The position numbers were made by a program, and so were the translations under genes. A DNA stretch of 64,000 nt from Phaeosaccion multiseriatum (lineage: Eukaryota > Protista > Ochrophyta, other classes). The notes beneath the pieces are model-generated. The model was not told the origin of the DNA. It saw only the letters and a list, made by a program, of their open reading frames with translations, and searched no databases. Location of the stretch: positions 2,357,548 through 2,421,547 of the forward strand of contig OZ218965.1 of the NCBI GenBank assembly GCA_965112735.1. Direction: 5' to 3'. Position 1 is the stretch's first letter; each line of letters begins with the position of its first letter. This document shows positions 57,001-64,000 of the stretch, one piece after another.

Positions 57001-60000
57001 TTAGGGTTAGGGTTAGGGTTAGGGTTAGGGTTAGGGTTAGGGTTAGGGTTAGGGTTAGGGTTAGGGTTAGGGTTAGGGTTAGGGTTAGGGTTAGGGTTAG
57101 GGTTAGGGTTAGGGTTAGGGTTAGGGTTAGGGTTAGGGTTAGGGTTAGGGTTAGGGTTAGGGTTAGGGTTAGGGTTAGGGTTAGGGTTAGGGTTAGGGTT
57201 AGGGTTAGGGTTAGGGTTAGGGTTAGGGTTAGGGTTAGGGTTAGGGTTAGGGTTAGGGTTAGGGTTAGGGTTAGGGTTAGGGTTAGGGTTAGGGTTAGGG
57301 TTAGGGTTAGGGTTAGGGTTAGGGTTAGGGTTAGGGTTAGGGTTAGGGTTAGGGTTAGGGTTAGGGTTAGGGTTAGGGTTAGGGTTAGGGTTAGGGTTAG
57401 GGTTAGGGTTAGGGTTAGGGTTAGGGTTAGGGTTAGGGTTAGGGTTAGGGTTAGGGTTAGGGTTAGGGTTAGGGTTAGGGTTAGGGTTAGGGTTAGGGTT
57501 AGGGTTAGGGTTAGGGTTAGGGTTAGGGTTAGGGTTAGGGTTAGGGTTAGGGTTAGGGTTAGGGTTAGGGTTAGGGTTAGGGTTAGGGTTAGGGTTAGGG
57601 TTAGGGTTAGGGTTAGGGTTAGGGTTAGGGTTAGGGTTAGGGTTAGGGTTAGGGTTAGGGTTAGGGTTAGGGTTAGGGTTAGGGTTAGGGTTAGGGTTAG
57701 GGTTAGGGTTAGGGTTAGGGTTAGGGTTAGGGTTAGGGTTAGGGTTAGGGTTAGGGTTAGGGTTAGGGTTAGGGTTAGGGTTAGGGTTAGGGTTAGGGTT
57801 AGGGTTAGGGTTAGGGTTAGGGTTAGGGTTAGGGTTAGGGTTAGGGTTAGGGTTAGGGTTAGGGTTAGGGTTAGGGTTAGGGTTAGGGTTAGGGTTAGGG
57901 TTAGGGTTAGGGTTAGGGTTAGGGTTAGGGTTAGGGTTAGGGTTAGGGTTAGGGTTAGGGTTAGGGTTAGGGTTAGGGTTAGGGTTAGGGTTAGGGTTAG
58001 GGTTAGGGTTAGGGTTAGGGTTAGGGTTAGGGTTAGGGTTAGGGTTAGGGTTAGGGTTAGGGTTAGGGTTAGGGTTAGGGTTAGGGTTAGGGTTAGGGTT
58101 AGGGTTAGGGTTAGGGTTAGGGTTAGGGTTAGGGTTAGGGTTAGGGTTAGGGTTAGGGTTAGGGTTAGGGTTAGGGTTAGGGTTAGGGTTAGGGTTAGGG
58201 TTAGGGTTAGGGTTAGGGTTAGGGTTAGGGTTAGGGTTAGGGTTAGGGTTAGGGTTAGGGTTAGGGTTAGGGTTAGGGTTAGGGTTAGGGTTAGGGTTAG
58301 GGTTAGGGTTAGGGTTAGGGTTAGGGTTAGGGTTAGGGTTAGGGTTAGGGTTAGGGTTAGGGTTAGGGTTAGGGTTAGGGTTAGGGTTAGGGTTAGGGTT
58401 AGGGTTAGGGTTAGGGTTAGGGTTAGGGTTAGGGTTAGGGTTAGGGTTAGGGTTAGGGTTAGGGTTAGGGTTAGGGTTAGGGTTAGGGTTAGGGTTAGGG
58501 TTAGGGTTAGGGTTAGGGTTAGGGTTAGGGTTAGGGTTAGGGTTAGGGTTAGGGTTAGGGTTAGGGTTAGGGTTAGGGTTAGGGTTAGGGTTAGGGTTAG
58601 GGTTAGGGTTAGGGTTAGGGTTAGGGTTAGGGTTAGGGTTAGGGTTAGGGTTAGGGTTAGGGTTAGGGTTAGGGTTAGGGTTAGGGTTAGGGTTAGGGTT
58701 AGGGTTAGGGTTAGGGTTAGGGTTAGGGTTAGGGTTAGGGTTAGGGTTAGGGTTAGGGTTAGGGTTAGGGTTAGGGTTAGGGTTAGGGTTAGGGTTAGGG
58801 TTAGGGTTAGGGTTAGGGTTAGGGTTAGGGTTAGGGTTAGGGTTAGGGTTAGGGTTAGGGTTAGGGTTAGGGTTAGGGTTAGGGTTAGGGTTAGGGTTAG
58901 GGTTAGGGTTAGGGTTAGGGTTAGGGTTAGGGTTAGGGTTAGGGTTAGGGTTAGGGTTAGGGTTAGGGTTAGGGTTAGGGTTAGGGTTAGGGTTAGGGTT
59001 AGGGTTAGGGTTAGGGTTAGGGTTAGGGTTAGGGTTAGGGTTAGGGTTAGGGTTAGGGTTAGGGTTAGGGTTAGGGTTAGGGTTAGGGTTAGGGTTAGGG
59101 TTAGGGTTAGGGTTAGGGTTAGGGTTAGGGTTAGGGTTAGGGTTAGGGTTAGGGTTAGGGTTAGGGTTAGGGTTAGGGTTAGGGTTAGGGTTAGGGTTAG
59201 GGTTAGGGTTAGGGTTAGGGTTAGGGTTAGGGTTAGGGTTAGGGTTAGGGTTAGGGTTAGGGTTAGGGTTAGGGTTAGGGTTAGGGTTAGGGTTAGGGTT
59301 AGGGTTAGGGTTAGGGTTAGGGTTAGGGTTAGGGTTAGGGTTAGGGTTAGGGTTAGGGTTAGGGTTAGGGTTAGGGTTAGGGTTAGGGTTAGGGTTAGGG
59401 TTAGGGTTAGGGTTAGGGTTAGGGTTAGGGTTAGGGTTAGGGTTAGGGTTAGGGTTAGGGTTAGGGTTAGGGTTAGGGTTAGGGTTAGGGTTAGGGTTAG
59501 GGTTAGGGTTAGGGTTAGGGTTAGGGTTAGGGTTAGGGTTAGGGTTAGGGTTAGGGTTAGGGTTAGGGTTAGGGTTAGGGTTAGGGTTAGGGTTAGGGTT
59601 AGGGTTAGGGTTAGGGTTAGGGTTAGGGTTAGGGTTAGGGTTAGGGTTAGGGTTAGGGTTAGGGTTAGGGTTAGGGTTAGGGTTAGGGTTAGGGTTAGGG
59701 TTAGGGTTAGGGTTAGGGTTAGGGTTAGGGTTAGGGTTAGGGTTAGGGTTAGGGTTAGGGTTAGGGTTAGGGTTAGGGTTAGGGTTAGGGTTAGGGTTAG
59801 GGTTAGGGTTAGGGTTAGGGTTAGGGTTAGGGTTAGGGTTAGGGTTAGGGTTAGGGTTAGGGTTAGGGTTAGGGTTAGGGTTAGGGTTAGGGTTAGGGTT
59901 AGGGTTAGGGTTAGGGTTAGGGTTAGGGTTAGGGTTAGGGTTAGGGTTAGGGTTAGGGTTAGGGTTAGGGTTAGGGTTAGGGTTAGGGTTAGGGTTAGGG

Positions 60001-63000
60001 TTAGGGTTAGGGTTAGGGTTAGGGTTAGGGTTAGGGTTAGGGTTAGGGTTAGGGTTAGGGTTAGGGTTAGGGTTAGGGTTAGGGTTAGGGTTAGGGTTAG
60101 GGTTAGGGTTAGGGTTAGGGTTAGGGTTAGGGTTAGGGTTAGGGTTAGGGTTAGGGTTAGGGTTAGGGTTAGGGTTAGGGTTAGGGTTAGGGTTAGGGTT
60201 AGGGTTAGGGTTAGGGTTAGGGTTAGGGTTAGGGTTAGGGTTAGGGTTAGGGTTAGGGTTAGGGTTAGGGTTAGGGTTAGGGTTAGGGTTAGGGTTAGGG
60301 TTAGGGTTAGGGTTAGGGTTAGGGTTAGGGTTAGGGTTAGGGTTAGGGTTAGGGTTAGGGTTAGGGTTAGGGTTAGGGTTAGGGTTAGGGTTAGGGTTAG
60401 GGTTAGGGTTAGGGTTAGGGTTAGGGTTAGGGTTAGGGTTAGGGTTAGGGTTAGGGTTAGGGTTAGGGTTAGGGTTAGGGTTAGGGTTAGGGTTAGGGTT
60501 AGGGTTAGGGTTAGGGTTAGGGTTAGGGTTAGGGTTAGGGTTAGGGTTAGGGTTAGGGTTAGGGTTAGGGTTAGGGTTAGGGTTAGGGTTAGGGTTAGGG
60601 TTAGGGTTAGGGTTAGGGTTAGGGTTAGGGTTAGGGTTAGGGTTAGGGTTAGGGTTAGGGTTAGGGTTAGGGTTAGGGTTAGGGTTAGGGTTAGGGTTAG
60701 GGTTAGGGTTAGGGTTAGGGTTAGGGTTAGGGTTAGGGTTAGGGTTAGGGTTAGGGTTAGGGTTAGGGTTAGGGTTAGGGTTAGGGTTAGGGTTAGGGTT
60801 AGGGTTAGGGTTAGGGTTAGGGTTAGGGTTAGGGTTAGGGTTAGGGTTAGGGTTAGGGTTAGGGTTAGGGTTAGGGTTAGGGTTAGGGTTAGGGTTAGGG
60901 TTAGGGTTAGGGTTAGGGTTAGGGTTAGGGTTAGGGTTAGGGTTAGGGTTAGGGTTAGGGTTAGGGTTAGGGTTAGGGTTAGGGTTAGGGTTAGGGTTAG
61001 GGTTAGGGTTAGGGTTAGGGTTAGGGTTAGGGTTAGGGTTAGGGTTAGGGTTAGGGTTAGGGTTAGGGTTAGGGTTAGGGTTAGGGTTAGGGTTAGGGTT
61101 AGGGTTAGGGTTAGGGTTAGGGTTAGGGTTAGGGTTAGGGTTAGGGTTAGGGTTAGGGTTAGGGTTAGGGTTAGGGTTAGGGTTAGGGTTAGGGTTAGGG
61201 TTAGGGTTAGGGTTAGGGTTAGGGTTAGGGTTAGGGTTAGGGTTAGGGTTAGGGTTAGGGTTAGGGTTAGGGTTAGGGTTAGGGTTAGGGTTAGGGTTAG
61301 GGTTAGGGTTAGGGTTAGGGTTAGGGTTAGGGTTAGGGTTAGGGTTAGGGTTAGGGTTAGGGTTAGGGTTAGGGTTAGGGTTAGGGTTAGGGTTAGGGTT
61401 AGGGTTAGGGTTAGGGTTAGGGTTAGGGTTAGGGTTAGGGTTAGGGTTAGGGTTAGGGTTAGGGTTAGGGTTAGGGTTAGGGTTAGGGTTAGGGTTAGGG
61501 TTAGGGTTAGGGTTAGGGTTAGGGTTAGGGTTAGGGTTAGGGTTAGGGTTAGGGTTAGGGTTAGGGTTAGGGTTAGGGTTAGGGTTAGGGTTAGGGTTAG
61601 GGTTAGGGTTAGGGTTAGGGTTAGGGTTAGGGTTAGGGTTAGGGTTAGGGTTAGGGTTAGGGTTAGGGTTAGGGTTAGGGTTAGGGTTAGGGTTAGGGTT
61701 AGGGTTAGGGTTAGGGTTAGGGTTAGGGTTAGGGTTAGGGTTAGGGTTAGGGTTAGGGTTAGGGTTAGGGTTAGGGTTAGGGTTAGGGTTAGGGTTAGGG
61801 TTAGGGTTAGGGTTAGGGTTAGGGTTAGGGTTAGGGTTAGGGTTAGGGTTAGGGTTAGGGTTAGGGTTAGGGTTAGGGTTAGGGTTAGGGTTAGGGTTAG
61901 GGTTAGGGTTAGGGTTAGGGTTAGGGTTAGGGTTAGGGTTAGGGTTAGGGTTAGGGTTAGGGTTAGGGTTAGGGTTAGGGTTAGGGTTAGGGTTAGGGTT
62001 AGGGTTAGGGTTAGGGTTAGGGTTAGGGTTAGGGTTAGGGTTAGGGTTAGGGTTAGGGTTAGGGTTAGGGTTAGGGTTAGGGTTAGGGTTAGGGTTAGGG
62101 TTAGGGTTAGGGTTAGGGTTAGGGTTAGGGTTAGGGTTAGGGTTAGGGTTAGGGTTAGGGTTAGGGTTAGGGTTAGGGTTAGGGTTAGGGTTAGGGTTAG
62201 GGTTAGGGTTAGGGTTAGGGTTAGGGTTAGGGTTAGGGTTAGGGTTAGGGTTAGGGTTAGGGTTAGGGTTAGGGTTAGGGTTAGGGTTAGGGTTAGGGTT
62301 AGGGTTAGGGTTAGGGTTAGGGTTAGGGTTAGGGTTAGGGTTAGGGTTAGGGTTAGGGTTAGGGTTAGGGTTAGGGTTAGGGTTAGGGTTAGGGTTAGGG
62401 TTAGGGTTAGGGTTAGGGTTAGGGTTAGGGTTAGGGTTAGGGTTAGGGTTAGGGTTAGGGTTAGGGTTAGGGTTAGGGTTAGGGTTAGGGTTAGGGTTAG
62501 GGTTAGGGTTAGGGTTAGGGTTAGGGTTAGGGTTAGGGTTAGGGTTAGGGTTAGGGTTAGGGTTAGGGTTAGGGTTAGGGTTAGGGTTAGGGTTAGGGTT
62601 AGGGTTAGGGTTAGGGTTAGGGTTAGGGTTAGGGTTAGGGTTAGGGTTAGGGTTAGGGTTAGGGTTAGGGTTAGGGTTAGGGTTAGGGTTAGGGTTAGGG
62701 TTAGGGTTAGGGTTAGGGTTAGGGTTAGGGTTAGGGTTAGGGTTAGGGTTAGGGTTAGGGTTAGGGTTAGGGTTAGGGTTAGGGTTAGGGTTAGGGTTAG
62801 GGTTAGGGTTAGGGTTAGGGTTAGGGTTAGGGTTAGGGTTAGGGTTAGGGTTAGGGTTAGGGTTAGGGTTAGGGTTAGGGTTAGGGTTAGGGTTAGGGTT
62901 AGGGTTAGGGTTAGGGTTAGGGTTAGGGTTAGGGTTAGGGTTAGGGTTAGGGTTAGGGTTAGGGTTAGGGTTAGGGTTAGGGTTAGGGTTAGGGTTAGGG

Positions 63001-63999
63001 TTAGGGTTAGGGTTAGGGTTAGGGTTAGGGTTAGGGTTAGGGTTAGGGTTAGGGTTAGGGTTAGGGTTAGGGTTAGGGTTAGGGTTAGGGTTAGGGTTAG
63101 GGTTAGGGTTAGGGTTAGGGTTAGGGTTAGGGTTAGGGTTAGGGTTAGGGTTAGGGTTAGGGTTAGGGTTAGGGTTAGGGTTAGGGTTAGGGTTAGGGTT
63201 AGGGTTAGGGTTAGGGTTAGGGTTAGGGTTAGGGTTAGGGTTAGGGTTAGGGTTAGGGTTAGGGTTAGGGTTAGGGTTAGGGTTAGGGTTAGGGTTAGGG
63301 TTAGGGTTAGGGTTAGGGTTAGGGTTAGGGTTAGGGTTAGGGTTAGGGTTAGGGTTAGGGTTAGGGTTAGGGTTAGGGTTAGGGTTAGGGTTAGGGTTAG
63401 GGTTAGGGTTAGGGTTAGGGTTAGGGTTAGGGTTAGGGTTAGGGTTAGGGTTAGGGTTAGGGTTAGGGTTAGGGTTAGGGTTAGGGTTAGGGTTAGGGTT
63501 AGGGTTAGGGTTAGGGTTAGGGTTAGGGTTAGGGTTAGGGTTAGGGTTAGGGTTAGGGTTAGGGTTAGGGTTAGGGTTAGGGTTAGGGTTAGGGTTAGGG
63601 TTAGGGTTAGGGTTAGGGTTAGGGTTAGGGTTAGGGTTAGGGTTAGGGTTAGGGTTAGGGTTAGGGTTAGGGTTAGGGTTAGGGTTAGGGTTAGGGTTAG
63701 GGTTAGGGTTAGGGTTAGGGTTAGGGTTAGGGTTAGGGTTAGGGTTAGGGTTAGGGTTAGGGTTAGGGTTAGGGTTAGGGTTAGGGTTAGGGTTAGGGTT
63801 AGGGTTAGGGTTAGGGTTAGGGTTAGGGTTAGGGTTAGGGTTAGGGTTAGGGTTAGGGTTAGGGTTAGGGTTAGGGTTAGGGTTAGGGTTAGGGTTAGGG
63901 TTAGGGTTAGGGTTAGGGTTAGGGTTAGGGTTAGGGTTAGGGTTAGGGTTAGGGTTAGGGTTAGGGTTAGGGTTAGGGTTAGGGTTAGGGTTAGGGTTA
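54002..63999 (+). repeat. Telomere (TTAGGG)n, ~10 kb
   Basis: Uninterrupted TTAGGG, G-strand running to the window end; a few TTAGG units proximally. Confidence 0.99.
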
Positions 64000-64000
64000 A

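Overview
Right end of a GC-rich eukaryotic chromosome, most likely from a photosynthetic stramenopile (ochrophyte). This is inferred from signal-peptide + 'AF' bipartite plastid-targeting leaders and TTAGGG telomeres. 1-29 kb: intact intron-containing genes (B-box/IQ protein, ADAM-like pseudo-protease, PLOD-type glycosyltransferase, MINDY deubiquitinase, ATX1 copper chaperone, metallophosphoesterase, TyrRS, YqeY, a 28-aa-repeat protein, NEDD8). 29-34 kb: decayed gene fragments (RBR-like, DENND4-like) and fold-back DNA. 34.5-54 kb: a 42-bp subtelomeric satellite carrying nested Ty3/gypsy chromodomain retroelements. 54-64 kb: ~10 kb of (TTAGGG)n. The main candidate for a novel system is the retroelement family. 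Both diverged copies carry a catalytically intact DEDDy 3'-5' exonuclease (EXD3/Mut-7/WRN/RNase D-like) plus an unknown conserved domain between RNase H and integrase. The full-length copy has identical LTRs, a tRNA-independent self-complementary PBS, a UGA-CGG + stem-loop gag readthrough signal and two identical G7 frame breaks. A small non-autonomous element with palindromic LTRs copies its TGTTAGAAGT end. All domain calls are by-eye motif recognition, not database searches. Multi-exon genes are given as approximate spans.
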